Below are positions 63,584 through 64,000 of a stretch of 64,000 bases of DNA, piece after piece (positions within the stretch are counted from its first letter, which is position 1; each line of letters opens with the position of its first letter). The translations under genes were made by a program, and so were the position numbers. Under the pieces are notes generated by a model. It ran no database searches. It was not told the DNA's origin and saw only the letters and a program-made list of their open reading frames with translations. The stretch comes from Paramoeba atlantica (lineage: Eukaryota > Protista > Discosea): contig CDRNVI010000052.1 of NCBI GenBank assembly GCA_977017575.1, positions 62,001-126,000 of the forward strand. Reading direction: 5' to 3'.

Positions 63584-64000
63584 ATGAACCCACATCGCAC
63601 CTCCACAGCACAAAGACTTGCGCTGGGCGTAGGCGCAGCATTGGGGGCACTATGCTTTCCTCAGCAAGGACATTTCATCGCTACGCTTAGTGAGGTTCTG
63701 TTTCCCGTTCCTGCGCTTTCAGCGATGCGCAATAAGATGAGGCAAGACTTTCACGGCCGACATTTGCTACTGCAACGTCCCCGAATCACAAACGCGGATC
63801 TTCAACGCTGGGAATCCTCTCCCTGTGGGACGGACAGAGATACTCTTACTGGAGCCTATGTCCACTACATGCGATCGCACGGTTTTGAACCGGAGGGTCG
63901 CACGAGTACTCGTTTCATCACGGACCCCGAGCTATGCTACGTGATGCAACGCTACCGTGAAGTACATGACATGTTGCACGCCACGCTCGGATTAGAACCC
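63584..64000 (+). CDS. COQ4: Ubiquinone biosynthesis protein COQ4, 3'-truncated by window edge
   Basis: Hand translation ...GRHLLLQRPRIT...TLTGAYVHYMRSHG...YVMQRYREVHDMLHATLGL (HDxxH). Confidence 0.92.
   Translation, partial: MNPHRTSTAQRLALGVGAALGALCFPQQGHFIATLSEVLFPVPALSAMRNKMRQDFHGRHLLLQRPRITNADLQRWESSPCGTDRDTLTGAYVHYMRSHGFEPEGRTSTRFITDPELCYVMQRYREVHDMLHATLGLEP

Overview
Eukaryotic, intron-less, gene-dense window in which every credible gene lies on the + strand. This fits a kinetoplastid polycistronic unit: CRK3-type PQTALRE kinase, DEFD-box Sub2, and a spliced-leader fragment. A Perkinsela/bodonid-like lineage is a guess, not demonstrated. Housekeeping genes (RPL32, SUB2, MGMT, CRK3, NSF, ECO1, GET3, ENY2, NFS1, RRP12, ACBP, CysRS, PDF, COQ4) are interspersed with a four-member LRR family, two near-identical small GPI-type surface-protein genes, several orphans and many non-autonomous repeats, including a mobile-element graveyard at about 11-19.5 kb. 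Most striking: (1) an intact 5-kb restriction-like-endonuclease (RLE) non-LTR retrotransposon that splits an LRR gene in frame, begins with the 3' two-thirds of a spliced leader (SL) mini-exon, and carries five Mer3/HFM1-type zinc fingers; (2) repeated sharp C/A-rich to G/T-rich skew switches inside genes; (3) inverted-repeat-bounded minisatellite cassettes sharing a CCTGACTTAT end motif; (4) a Ulp1-like protease ORF between inverted repeats. All calls come from reading the sequence by eye; no searches were run.
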